Source of the DNA: Parcubacteria group bacterium GW2011_GWA2_48_9
GTDB taxonomy: Bacteria; Patescibacteriota; Patescibacteriia; UBA10025
Direction of reading: 5' to 3'
Length of the DNA: 64,000 bases
Assembly: GCA_001003705.1 (NCBI GenBank)
Contig: LCPQ01000019.1
Span: forward strand, 3,268-67,267
Shown: positions 1 through 9,254 of the stretch, piece by piece
Numbering within the stretch: the first letter of the stretch is position 1
Layout of the letters: each line of letters starts with the position of its first letter
Translations under genes and position numbers: made by a program
Notes under the pieces: model-generated
The model's input: only the letters and a program-made list of their open reading frames with translations
What the model was told of the DNA's origin: nothing
Database searches by the model: none

Positions 1-1538
1 CGATAGCTATTTTACCCATGCTCTCGAAGTGGATCATGCGGATGCGCATGCCAAAGCAGGGCGCGCAGGAGATGTCAGCGGAGGATCAGGGGCTGTGGCG
101 CGCGGCGCGGTGGTTCATGTCGGTGAGCCGTAATTTACTCACCAAGAAATGGAAGCAGATTGCGACCGTCGTAGGCGCTCTCGTACTCGTGTCAGCTTCA
201 GTATCCATCATGGGTACGGGCAAAGTGCAGGTCGTACAGTTTTCAAAAGCTGACGATAACCCGTATGTTTCAGTGGACGCGAGGTTCAAGCACGGGCTGA
301 CGTTTGCCGACCGTTCGGCTGTCGGAGAGCAGATCGAACAGCTGCTGATCGAGGAAAAAGGGGTCGCGAAGTTTTTCTACTATCAACAGAGTGCTGACGG
401 CCTGTTCATCTTCGCGGAGTTAAAAGACATTTTAGAGCGCGATGACACGCAAAAGAGCAAAGAGATTGTGACCCGGCTCAAAGCAGGAACGATGGACATC
501 GCCAATATTGACGATGTCATCGTTGGTGAGCTGGGCGTGGGTCCGCCTGAGGAGGACTACCAAATTCAAGTGCAGTTGAACGACAATGATCCGGTGGTAC
601 TCGAAAAAGCCGCTACTGAGGTTGGTAATCATTTACGGTCGCTCGAACATATTACTCGCGTGGATGACGGATTTACCGGCAAGGGCGAATCGGAAGTGCG
701 CGTGGTGCTCGATCGCACAAAGGTACAGCTGGCAGGACTCTCAAGCTTTGAAATCGGCCAGCAATTAAAAGCCGTGATCGGCGAAACAACTGTTACTAAG
801 TATGCGGGCGAAGGCGGCTCCGCTGATGTCATATTGAAAAACGGCGCCCTGCCGGGAAATGTAGACGCGATACGGAGTTTGCCGCTTACCAGCCGCACAG
901 GACAGACGGTTCGCGTGAGCGATGTGGCCACTGTGGAACAGACGACGGCAGTAGGCGCCATCCAGCGCTTTGACGGACTGCGGTTCGTGAGCGTACGGGC
1001 AAGGATTGACGACAGCAAAAACTTAGTTACCGTCCAACAGAAGTTCAACGAGTATCTGACCGATGACAAGCTCGCAAGCTTGGGCATTGATAGCAGGGAT
1101 TCGCGCGGTGAGTTCGATGAGATTGCAAAGTCATTTACCCAGCTCGGGATGGCGTTGGCCGCCGCTATTATCCTTGTCTACATCTTCCTCGTATTACAAT
1201 TCAAGTCATTTACCCAGCCCCTCGTGATGCTAGTCACCGTGCCACTGTCGTTGACGGGCGTATTTCCAGCACTGTTGCTGACCGGATCGGATCTCGGTTT
1301 CCTCGAATTGCTTGGCGTTACTATCCTCGTCGGTATCGTAGTCAGTGTCGGCATCTTCCTGATGGACTATGCGAACCAGCTGGTGAAGGAGCGCGGCTAT
1401 ACGGCGAAAGAAGCGATCACTCAGGCCGTAGGCGTCCGGTTCCGTCCGATTGTCCTCACAAAATTGGTAGTCATCGGCGGGCAAGATACATGGTGCAGGC
1501 AACCACACGGTGAATTAGTCAGCGAACAACACATTTGA
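1..1538 (+). CDS. RND (AcrB/HAE1-like) efflux transporter permease, fragment: enters window mid-gene and ends right after predicted TM11
   Basis: Frame is open from nt 3. Translation shows periplasmic subdomain and TM7-TM11 motifs (GMALAAAIILVYIFLVLQF..., FRPIVLTKLVVIGG aligning to AcrB LRPILMTSLAFILG). No frame continues into a TM12 or C-terminus, so the gene looks 3'-truncated. Confidence 0.6.
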   Translation, partial: IAILPMLSKWIMRMRMPKQGAQEMSAEDQGLWRAARWFMSVSRNLLTKKWKQIATVVGALVLVSASVSIMGTGKVQVVQFSKADDNPYVSVDARFKHGLTFADRSAVGEQIEQLLIEEKGVAKFFYYQQSADGLFIFAELKDILERDDTQKSKEIVTRLKAGTMDIANIDDVIVGELGVGPPEEDYQIQVQLNDNDPVVLEKAATEVGNHLRSLEHITRVDDGFTGKGESEVRVVLDRTKVQLAGLSSFEIGQQLKAVIGETTVTKYAGEGGSADVILKNGALPGNVDAIRSLPLTSRTGQTVRVSDVATVEQTTAVGAIQRFDGLRFVSVRARIDDSKNLVTVQQKFNEYLTDDKLASLGIDSRDSRGEFDEIAKSFTQLGMALAAAIILVYIFLVLQFKSFTQPLVMLVTVPLSLTGVFPALLLTGSDLGFLELLGVTILVGIVVSVGIFLMDYANQLVKERGYTAKEAITQAVGVRFRPIVLTKLVVIGGQDTWCRQPHGELVSEQHI

Positions 1539-1547
1539 GAATTCCTC

Positions 1548-1575
1548 AAAGCCCGGTGTAACAGCCGGGCTTTTT
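1548..1575 (+). terminator. rho-independent terminator (AGCCCGG-loop-CCGGGCT followed by TTTTT)
   Basis: Perfect 7-bp GC-rich stem with T-run immediately after the stop of the RND fragment. Confidence 0.6.
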
Positions 1576-1594
1576 AAAAAAAATGAATGAATAG

Positions 1595-1628
1595 AAAAAC
1601 TCCTGCCGATCGCGAGACCAGCAGGAGT
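1595..1628 (-). terminator. rho-independent terminator for the minus-strand TPM gene (CTCCTGC-loop-GCAGGAG, T-run on minus strand)
   Basis: Hairpin with A5 on the plus side (T5 on minus), just downstream of the stop at 1653. Confidence 0.55.
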
Positions 1629-1652
1629 GTCAAGTACAGAGTGCTGAACGGC

Positions 1653-2921
1653 TCAGAAATCATTGGAGCCACCACCGCCGCCGCTGAATTGGCCACCACC
1701 ACCGAAACTGTCAACCGTGTCGGATGCGGTTTGGTCACTCTGTTGATGGCCTCCATATGACGGATGGTGAGTGGTGTTCGCGTAGTCATGGTGCTCGACG
1801 GCCCGTGAACTGTCGTCCACGATCGCATCGAGGATTGCGAACACGATGATCCAGTCGAGGATTCCCATACCACCACCGCTGCAGGCTTGGGCTCGTATTG
1901 AGCGTGCGCGGGCGTACTCCTGCTGTGCGTGGGCCAGAAGCTGGCTTGCCTCCTCGGACTGTTTGCCTCCTTTCAACTTCTTCTCGAGCCGTCGCAACTT
2001 TTCGGGGAGTTTTTCCATGAGGACAGGGCCTTCCTCGCGGGCTTTTTTGGCGTACGCTTGGTCCGACTCGTACGCGGACTCGGTATTGGATACATACCAT
2101 TCAATGCTGTTCAGCTCGTCACGAGTACTGACCCATTTCACTCCGGAAGAGTCCCTGAGCAAATCCCGTATCGGTTTGAGCCTGTCCTGAAGCTTGCGGA
2201 TACTCCTGCGCGTATTGTCGCTCATCTCAGGATCGGACATCTTGAGTGCCAGCTTGTCCAAGCGCTCTACAACTCCGTCCTTTCGTTTCAGGACTTCATT
2301 GCAGGCGCGGACTCGACGTATTGCGACGATGATGACAATGAGGAGGATGACCGCGCCGATGATGATTAAGAGAATCAAGGTGTCCTGAGTTGTCCAAGGA
2401 TGAGGTGTATGAACAGGCGCTGACTGTGCGGTACGAGCTGCGTGAATGACGTCCATGATTGCGTGGGTTCCTCGGACTACTCCGTTGGTCCAGTCGTTGG
2501 CCTTCAGAAAAGGCCTGATGACGGTCAGACGAATGTACTCGTTCTTGTCGTCGGTTACCACATTCTTGACTCCCGGCGCTGTGCGGATACACATTTTCCG
2601 CTCCGCCAATGCGATGAGGAACACGATGCCATTCAAGCTGTCCTTGTTGCCGACTTTCCACTCGTCGCCGAGGCGGACTGCGAACGTGTCGATATTTGAA
2701 CCGCCAAGGTTAGGCACGGTGACCACAGCGATCTCCACGGTGGTTTCATCCCTGAACCTTACGAGTTCGGCGTTCAGCGAATCCCGCACTTCTTGCGAGA
2801 GCAGTTTGGCAAAATCGCTGACGAAGCCTTCGGGCTGGGGAAAGGTTTGCGCGTGCACGGACGTACACGCTATCAGTGCCATAAGCAGCACTGTGGTTAT
2901 CTGCAGGAATTGCTTCTTCAT
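1653..2921 (-). CDS. TPM-domain (TLP18.3/Psb32/MOLO-1 family, YgcG-like) membrane protein with Gly-rich C-terminal tail
   Basis: Signal peptide, TPM phosphatase-like domain (FVSDFAKLLS...IVFLIALAERKMCIRT), one TM helix, C-terminal GGGGQFSGGGGG tail. Confidence 0.65.
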   Translation of the reverse strand: MKKQFLQITTVLLMALIACTSVHAQTFPQPEGFVSDFAKLLSQEVRDSLNAELVRFRDETTVEIAVVTVPNLGGSNIDTFAVRLGDEWKVGNKDSLNGIVFLIALAERKMCIRTAPGVKNVVTDDKNEYIRLTVIRPFLKANDWTNGVVRGTHAIMDVIHAARTAQSAPVHTPHPWTTQDTLILLIIIGAVILLIVIIVAIRRVRACNEVLKRKDGVVERLDKLALKMSDPEMSDNTRRSIRKLQDRLKPIRDLLRDSSGVKWVSTRDELNSIEWYVSNTESAYESDQAYAKKAREEGPVLMEKLPEKLRRLEKKLKGGKQSEEASQLLAHAQQEYARARSIRAQACSGGGMGILDWIIVFAILDAIVDDSSRAVEHHDYANTTHHPSYGGHQQSDQTASDTVDSFGGGGQFSGGGGGSNDF

Positions 2922-3112
2922 GCCTTACTCCTTCTGATATGGACCATTTGTCTAGTTTCGTGGGGATATACGTTCAGCACTTAATTGTCTAAAGAACAAA
3001 AGAACGAACTACTATAGTCTAAATACAGCATTTTGTCAATCCCGGTTAGCTGATAGGCTTTGAATTCTGATATACTTACACAATACGAGTTAAATCTTAA
3101 TAAAAAAGACCC

Positions 3113-3622
3113 ATGACGTCTTCAAAGTTATCACTGATAGTGTTCGGTGGTGCATTGGCCGTGCTGCTATCCGCCTGCACCCCTGCAACCAATAGTCCGG
3201 TAAATACGACGGTGAACACCGCCAATTCTGTCATGGCGAACGGCACGAATGTTGCGTCATCAAACACGGCTAACAGCATTGATCCCTGCTCTCTCATCAC
3301 CCAGGCCGAGGCAGCGTCAGCTTTTGGGCTGCCGGCGCAGATACCGGAGCCGAAAGGTACGGTGTGCCGCTATGACACGGTTGAGCAAAGCAAATTTTTC
3401 GACCTGACTGCGAAAGCAGGCACGAGTTCGGATTTCGAGACGATGCAAAATTTATGCAGCACCACCGAGCCGGTAGACGGCCTGGGCGAGACGTCCTGCT
3501 CCGCGAACAATACCATTGTCGTGCTGAAGAACGGCATCCTCATGACAATCATCGCCGGCGGCAACTTTGACCAGGACCAGCTCAGGGGCCTGGCGGTAAT
3601 AGCGGTCGGCCGGATTCCGTAG
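3113..3622 (+). CDS. hypothetical lipoprotein
   Basis: Signal peptide with lipobox LLSAC; no recognisable domain. Confidence 0.45.
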   Translation: MTSSKLSLIVFGGALAVLLSACTPATNSPVNTTVNTANSVMANGTNVASSNTANSIDPCSLITQAEAASAFGLPAQIPEPKGTVCRYDTVEQSKFFDLTAKAGTSSDFETMQNLCSTTEPVDGLGETSCSANNTIVVLKNGILMTIIAGGNFDQDQLRGLAVIAVGRIP

Positions 3623-3635
3623 GATTACCCAATCC

Positions 3636-4133
3636 ATGCGCGTACCTATCCGAAAACCAGGGAAGTATACTCATGACCAGCCCGACCTGCATCTGACCCG
3701 GGATAAGCTTAATGAATTAACTAACGAGTTGGAACGCTTAAGAACTGAAATCCGTCCCCGGGCGATGAAGGAGGTCAGTCGCTTGGCCGAGATGGGCGAC
3801 TTTTCGGAGAACGCCGCGTATCAGATTGCGAAAGGACGATTGCGCGGGATGAACGAGCGGATTCTCGACCTGGAAGCCGCCATAGGGAAAGTAATACTGA
3901 TCGAGCCGAAAAATAACGACCGAATCCAAATAGGGCACCGAGTCACCGTCGAAGCAAACGGGAAACAGCATACGTATCTGATACTCGGTTCCACGGAATC
4001 CAACCCCGACGAGAGCGTCATTTCGCATACATCCCCGCTCGGAGCCGCATTGATTGGGAAAGGGGTTGGGGATACCATCACCGTGAAGCTGAAAGAGAGG
4101 GAAGTAGAGTATAAAATTGTTAAGGTAGGGTAG
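3636..4133 (+). CDS. greA: transcription elongation factor GreA
   Basis: Aligns along its length to GreA (GDFSENAAY..., C-terminal FKBP-like domain ...VEYKIVKV). N-terminal roughly 18 aa look like an extension, so the true start may lie downstream. Confidence 0.8.
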   Translation: MRVPIRKPGKYTHDQPDLHLTRDKLNELTNELERLRTEIRPRAMKEVSRLAEMGDFSENAAYQIAKGRLRGMNERILDLEAAIGKVILIEPKNNDRIQIGHRVTVEANGKQHTYLILGSTESNPDESVISHTSPLGAALIGKGVGDTITVKLKEREVEYKIVKVG

Positions 4134-4260
4134 AAGGCACCCCGTTGAGTGATTGAGAAGAAACGAGTTTCTCGAAACTCCACACGCAGCTTTCCCTAGA
4201 GATTTTTGTCAGAGTTGTGCGTTTCTTTCTCGAATTGACTGGTAGTAGTATGATAATGTC

Positions 4261-4701
4261 ATGGACAATATCATCGATATTGCAGTGATAGTTGGAACCA
4301 TGGGGTTGATTGTGTATTTTTCCCGCGGGTACTTATGGAGTAGCAAACCATATTGGCTAGCCAAGTTTGAAACAATTTCCGAAAAGGCACGGAAGAAGGA
4401 AATCAGGAGCTCGCTGGTCATTGGATTACTTTTTTTGCTCGTTTCTGTTGTCGGATATGTCGATTTTTTTCGTCAGGACGACTTAAGTTTTATCTGGCCG
4501 GCGTTTTTTCTGGCTGCGATAGCTTTTCTCGGAGTGACGTTACTGGTGAATGCCTATCTGTATACCCCCAAAATGATTGATCGCCAGCTTGCGAGCCCGG
4601 AAACGTATACTCGTTGGAGAAAGTACTATTATGTGGGTTTCCTCGTTCTGCTCATGGTACTCATGATTTTGTATGCAGTGCTCTCGCAAGAAAAAAACTA
4701 A
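4261..4701 (+). CDS. hypothetical membrane protein (4 TM)
   Basis: Hydrophobic segments only. Confidence 0.4.
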   Translation: MDNIIDIAVIVGTMGLIVYFSRGYLWSSKPYWLAKFETISEKARKKEIRSSLVIGLLFLLVSVVGYVDFFRQDDLSFIWPAFFLAAIAFLGVTLLVNAYLYTPKMIDRQLASPETYTRWRKYYYVGFLVLLMVLMILYAVLSQEKN

Positions 4702-4762
4702 GTGTTTGGGATATCTGTCTGGAGGGCTTTAACGGTTGGCAAGATCAACAAGATGAGTGTAG

Positions 4763-6283
4763 GTGAGGCACAAATGCCGGGCTTTTTGGTATACTGTCTT
4801 CATGCCCCATAAAAAGCTTTACATCGTCCTTGGCGCTATTGTTTGCATTTTCCTTGCTGCTTTCCTGCCTCTCCTCGTGATGCCGTCGGTGAAAGGCGGG
4901 GTGGATGTTTCCGATAGCAGCGTGGTTTACAGTGTCCTGCAGACTGCCAGGACGCACTTCGACAATCCGTTCCAGCGGGCGCTGGCGTTCCGTTACCAGA
5001 TTATTCACCACGAAGTAGTGGATCAGAAAGACTGGTACCGTGCCGTCGGAAAGACGCTTTTTGGCGTATCGATACATACAGCGGACGTTTTCTCCGACGG
5101 GAGCACTTTTACATTCCCAAGCTTTGAAAACGATATTGTCACGCCGGGTAACGAGATCCTGAATCAAGTTCAGGATGACAACCCCGATGTCGAGTTAACC
5201 GCCGCCGACCGGGCCGGCATGACTTTAAGCGCCGGAAGGTGCGAAGGCACTGACAAGCCGAAGCTGACCCATTTGCCGATGGACATGGAGGATTTTTCCA
5301 TGATTATCCCGTACGGCATGACTGCGGGTGGACACGTTACTCCCATCGACCACCAGTATTTTTCCCCGGCTGATTACAATTCTCCGCTTGACGCGTATGA
5401 AGTATATGCCATGGCTGATTCACGGATCGTTGCTATTGGCCCGCGTCCGAGGATTGACAAGGACGGCAACCCATTCGAGGAATATCGCATGATTTTTTCT
5501 ATGAGCTGTCGTTTATTATATTATTATGATTTGGTCACAAGCCTGGCGCCGGATCTGAAAGCCGCATACGAACGCGACGGCAACAATATTAATTTCCCTG
5601 TGAAAGCCGGACAGCTCATCGGCTACATCGGCGGGCAGACACTGGACTTCGCCGTGTGGGACACCGAGAAGCCGCTTACCGGATACGTCGTTCCAGAACA
5701 CTACGAGAGCGAGGGGTGGAAAATATACACAGCTGACCCGCTGGACTATTATGCCGACGAGTTAAAGGAACAGGCGCTGTCGAAGTATATTCGTACCGCA
5801 GAGCCCCGAAGCGGCAGGATTGATCATGATATTGACGGCAAGCTCATCGGCAACTGGTTCCAGCAAAATACCGACGGTACGACTTCGGGATACAGTGACA
5901 CGGGCGGTGAGTATTGGACCACGCACGTTTCATTTTCACCCGACCATATCGATCCGACGGGGTTTATCATCTCGATAGGGAACTGGCCGGGCGGCGCTAC
6001 CCAGTTCTCAGCAAAAGGGAATACGCCCGATCCGGCCACTGTCGGCGTGGAAACGGGGCTCGTGAAATACGATTTACGGGGAGTGAATTACCGTGATAGC
6101 AACGGCAACTGGGACCGGATGTCGTTGAAGCCGCCTATCACATTCGAGCCCGGCATTGAAGCGTACGGTTGCGCACTGGTCCAGCTCACTGATTCGCGCG
6201 AACTGAAAGTAGAAGTGTTCAAAGGTTCGAATTGCAGCAGTGTGTTTGGATTTACCGACGCGGCGGTGATGTATATGAGGTAG
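4763..6283 (+). CDS. hypothetical exported protein, possibly a degenerate LytM/M23-like domain
   Basis: N-terminal TM/signal anchor. HVTPIDH (HxxxD-like) is present, but the second M23 HxH motif is replaced by LDFAVWD. True start may be the internal Met at 4804. Confidence 0.4.
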   Translation: MRHKCRAFWYTVFMPHKKLYIVLGAIVCIFLAAFLPLLVMPSVKGGVDVSDSSVVYSVLQTARTHFDNPFQRALAFRYQIIHHEVVDQKDWYRAVGKTLFGVSIHTADVFSDGSTFTFPSFENDIVTPGNEILNQVQDDNPDVELTAADRAGMTLSAGRCEGTDKPKLTHLPMDMEDFSMIIPYGMTAGGHVTPIDHQYFSPADYNSPLDAYEVYAMADSRIVAIGPRPRIDKDGNPFEEYRMIFSMSCRLLYYYDLVTSLAPDLKAAYERDGNNINFPVKAGQLIGYIGGQTLDFAVWDTEKPLTGYVVPEHYESEGWKIYTADPLDYYADELKEQALSKYIRTAEPRSGRIDHDIDGKLIGNWFQQNTDGTTSGYSDTGGEYWTTHVSFSPDHIDPTGFIISIGNWPGGATQFSAKGNTPDPATVGVETGLVKYDLRGVNYRDSNGNWDRMSLKPPITFEPGIEAYGCALVQLTDSRELKVEVFKGSNCSSVFGFTDAAVMYMR

Positions 6284-6322
6284 TAAAAAAAGAAGTTATA
6301 ATTTCAAGAAACTTATAACCTT

Positions 6323-6646
6323 ATGGATAGCAGTGGAAAACAGCCCGCAGAACAGCAGTTGATTAACCTTGGAAAAGACTTGTACCAAGTTGTCCAAAAA
6401 GTATTATTTGTCGTCGGGTGTATTTTCTCAGCGCTTATTATCATTGTGGGCTTGACAATGGACAGAGAAGGTATTCCTTCTATCGAAGGAATACCTCATA
6501 GTATTGTCAGGATTTCGATGATCTTTACAATGGTATTTTTTCTCCAGTTTCCATGGGTAATAGTCGCGTTGGTAAGAAAGTATATCCGGGACAGGGAAAA
6601 GGCCAAAAAATCCGCTGGATCGAAACAGCCGGGTGACTCTCGTTAA
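6323..6646 (+). CDS. small hypothetical membrane protein
   Basis: Two predicted TM helices. Confidence 0.35.
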   Translation: MDSSGKQPAEQQLINLGKDLYQVVQKVLFVVGCIFSALIIIVGLTMDREGIPSIEGIPHSIVRISMIFTMVFFLQFPWVIVALVRKYIRDREKAKKSAGSKQPGDSR

Positions 6647-6655
6647 AAGAACGGT

Positions 6656-6904
6656 ATGTATTCGGTGTACATTGTACGATGCGCCGACGGGACTTTTTAT
6701 ACCGGAATCACGGTTGATCTTAAACGAAGAATAATAGAACACAACTCATTGAAGCTCGGGGCGCGGTATACGCGGACACGACGGCCGGTGAAGTTGGTGT
6801 ATGCGAAAAAATATCGGACGCGATCGATGGCGTCAAAAGCCGAGGCACGGATAAAAGCGCTGCCCAGGAGAGAAAAGCTGAAGGTAATACAAAGGGGAAA
6901 ATGA
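6656..6904 (+). CDS. GIY-YIG nuclease family protein (YhbQ/UPF0213-like)
   Basis: YSVYIVRCADGTFYTGIT...RRIIEHN...YTR.RRPVKLVY matches the standalone GIY-YIG domain. Confidence 0.75.
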   Translation: MYSVYIVRCADGTFYTGITVDLKRRIIEHNSLKLGARYTRTRRPVKLVYAKKYRTRSMASKAEARIKALPRREKLKVIQRGK

Positions 6905-6995
6905 AGGAGTAATTTCGCTTTCTCTACGTTCTTTGTGGAAATAGTCCATTTTATGGGCTTTATTTAGTTATCCACAGATATAATGTAAAGTACAC

Positions 6996-7024
6996 TTGAC
7001 ATTTATATATAGGTGCGCTAGGGT
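6996..7024 (+). promoter_or_regulatory. sigma70-like promoter (TTGACA-17-TAGGGT) upstream of the XRE regulator
   Basis: Consensus -35 hexamer, 17-nt spacer, TAnnnT -10, ending 7 nt before the ATG at 7031. Confidence 0.3.
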
Positions 7025-7030
7025 TGTGAT

Positions 7031-7231
7031 ATGGAGAAAACGGCAAACAGATTACGCGAATTACGAAAGGTACGCGGCCAGACCCAGGAAGAGATGGCCA
7101 AGGATCTCGGGGTAACACGTCAGACGGTTATCTCCATCGAGAAGGGCGAATACATCCCATCGACAACACTCGCGTTGAAAATAGCCCGACTGCTCAAAAA
7201 GCCCGTAGAAGATATTTTTTGGCTCGAATAA
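7031..7231 (+). CDS. XRE-family helix-turn-helix transcriptional regulator
   Basis: Cro/C1-type HTH: LRELRKVRGQTQEEMAKDLGVTRQTVISIEKGEYIPSTTLALKIARLL. Confidence 0.8.
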   Translation: MEKTANRLRELRKVRGQTQEEMAKDLGVTRQTVISIEKGEYIPSTTLALKIARLLKKPVEDIFWLE

Positions 7232-7896
7232 TTAATCATTCACTTACAACTATGAAAAAAACATTATATCCCGTACTTTCGGTCATCACGATCCTTGCAT
7301 TTGGATTTCTTGTTATGTACATGCTGTACGGCTCAGGTGAGACTCCGATATTTATAATCATGGCAATTTTTGCCATTATTCTCGGCGCGGCAATTCTCGC
7401 ATTGGTATGGCCCCGCTTTTCCGGAACAAGCACGGTTACTCCCGGACAATCTCCGTTTCTGGTGTCCCGGGGCGTATATTTCCTGATGGTCATTGTTCTC
7501 CTTGTATCTTTTCTGTTAGAGGGCTTTAATTCGTCTTCTCCGTGGTCCTTCTTGTACCCTTCTGAAAATCCTTTCGTTCCGATATTATCGATAGCTATTA
7601 TTGTAGGTTTATACCTTGTCCTGTATCTGCGAAAGTCAGTTCGAGAAAAATATTCATTTGTTGAATTATGGACCATGAAGGCCAATGATGAGAGGGAGCA
7701 GCATATTATTGATGACGCAGCGCGCAAAACATACGGCTTCATGAGGATGCTCGTCGTAATAATGGGACTCGGTTTTTTCGCATTCCAACTGCTTGGCATG
7801 TCATTCCCCGCTTTTTCCGTGGGGTATATTTTATTTCTTTTCATTTTTGTCGCGCATGCATACTTCATGTTTCTCCTGCGGAAGATTACTGACTAG
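7219..7896 (+). CDS. DUF2178-like membrane protein (partner of the small XRE regulator)
   Basis: Multi-TM protein with a DER motif, typical pairing with the preceding HTH gene. Likely start is MKKTLYP at 7252. The antisense ORF 7236-7868 is rejected. Confidence 0.5.
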   Translation: MARIINHSLTTMKKTLYPVLSVITILAFGFLVMYMLYGSGETPIFIIMAIFAIILGAAILALVWPRFSGTSTVTPGQSPFLVSRGVYFLMVIVLLVSFLLEGFNSSSPWSFLYPSENPFVPILSIAIIVGLYLVLYLRKSVREKYSFVELWTMKANDEREQHIIDDAARKTYGFMRMLVVIMGLGFFAFQLLGMSFPAFSVGYILFLFIFVAHAYFMFLLRKITD

Positions 7897-7902
7897 TGTT
7901 CG

Positions 7903-8136
7903 ATGCGAGAGTTCATGAAGCTTTTTATTACCGCAAAAGCCGGAGCAAAAGAGGAGCGGGTCGAAAAAGTCGACGACACTCATTTTCGCGTTTGGGTGAA
8001 GGACCCCCCTGAAAAAGGAAAGGCTAATGATGCCATTACTAGAGCACTCGCCGAGCATATGGGAGTTGCCAAGTCACAGGTGGCGCTCATCTCAGGGAAA
8101 AAGTCAAAAAGGAAAATTATAGAAGTGGTGAAGTAA
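7903..8136 (+). CDS. DUF167 (YggU/UPF0235) family protein
   Basis: GKANDAITRALAEHMGVAKSQVALISGKKSKRK matches the DUF167 signature. Confidence 0.7.
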   Translation: MREFMKLFITAKAGAKEERVEKVDDTHFRVWVKDPPEKGKANDAITRALAEHMGVAKSQVALISGKKSKRKIIEVVK

Positions 8137-8205
8137 AGAAAAACGCCGTCCACTAGGGTACAATGGACGGCGTGAATGAGCGTATCGCATAGGTGCGACG
8201 GATTG

Positions 8206-8490
8206 TCAGCTGTTTTTTGCTGCATCGATGGCCGCGAAGACCATGGCCAGCCGTTCTCTCGAAATACATCGTGGGTTATCTACGAAGCTTCGTGCCTCGT
8301 CTTCGGTCAGTTCCTTTACGGTACTGCCGTCAGTCTTCAGCTCGGGCAGGTCGGCCTTTTCCAGCGGCATGACGCCGAACGGTGCGCCGTCTTTGTCGTC
8401 GCCCATCATGACGAATATACGCGCACCGCCGAGATACTCGTCGATAATGGTTTGCAAATCATCGGGAATTTCCACGTGTCTCCTTGCCAA
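8206..8490 (-). CDS. hypothetical protein
   Basis: Protein-like acidic composition. Lies in tandem with the 8516-9100 minus gene. The overlapping plus ORF 8228-9160 is low-complexity. Confidence 0.4.
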   Translation of the reverse strand: MARRHVEIPDDLQTIIDEYLGGARIFVMMGDDKDGAPFGVMPLEKADLPELKTDGSTVKELTEDEARSFVDNPRCISRERLAMVFAAIDAAKNS

Positions 8491-8515
8491 GCGTTTGGCC
8501 GGGTGGTGGGAAGGT

Positions 8516-9100
8516 TTACTTCTTCATCGGGATGAGCCGGTAATGTACTTCCATCCCGTTGAGTTGGGTGATGTGTTCCAAGTCACGGCCCGCTTTGAGC
8601 GCGTCCCAGACCTCGGGGAGCATTTCGAGCTCATCGAGGTGACCCATGATAGGTCCACGTACAGAGAGTATATAGGCGAGACGCAGGTTTTCGCCCTCTT
8701 CGTTGAGCACCTCGACAGGGTCCAGCGAACGCCAGTTTGGCGGGATGGACCTGCCAAAGAGCGGAGAGTCGTGCCGATACGCGACGTCATCCATGAAGGT
8801 CGACGGATCATAAACGGTAACGGCGATTTCATACTCATAGCCGATCGCGTCGTCGTCCTGGTAGATCCATTCAGCGGGTTGCACCGCGTACAAGGTGAAT
8901 TCAAGGCGAGTCGGCATGGACTGCTTGTACATGAGGAAACGTTGCTGAGTCGTGAATTGTTCGACCAGCTCAGTTTTCGCCTGTTCAGGTTCGTTGCCGC
9001 ACCCGACGACGAAGCATGCGATGGTGACGACAACGATGATGAGTACAAGGGCAGCGATGCTTGTGAGCACGTTGGGCCCATGCGTTTCGATTGCTTTCAA
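8516..9100 (-). CDS. hypothetical lipoprotein / membrane-anchored protein
   Basis: N-terminal TM followed by VVGCGNE (lipobox-like). Confidence 0.45.
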   Translation of the reverse strand: MKAIETHGPNVLTSIAALVLIIVVVTIACFVVGCGNEPEQAKTELVEQFTTQQRFLMYKQSMPTRLEFTLYAVQPAEWIYQDDDAIGYEYEIAVTVYDPSTFMDDVAYRHDSPLFGRSIPPNWRSLDPVEVLNEEGENLRLAYILSVRGPIMGHLDELEMLPEVWDALKAGRDLEHITQLNGMEVHYRLIPMKK

Positions 9101-9254
9101 AGGGCACCTCCAATTTTTGTGATACTGCGTTTACTTTCCCTAGTTTTTGATAATGCATAATATGTATTTTCAGGTATTTTGTCAACCCTAAAGACGTCGA
9201 TGATGAGCATCGGGGCTTGCTTTGTATGTTTTTTTCTGGTATCCTCTGTGCAAT

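Noticed and set aside
2922-3112. Divergent promoter region between the TPM and lipoprotein genes
   Set aside because: Several weak TTG...TA hexamer combinations, none convincing enough to annotate.
8228-9160. 310-aa plus-strand ORF
   Set aside because: Low-complexity Ser/Arg-rich translation lying antisense to two better protein-like minus-strand genes (8206-8490, 8516-9100).
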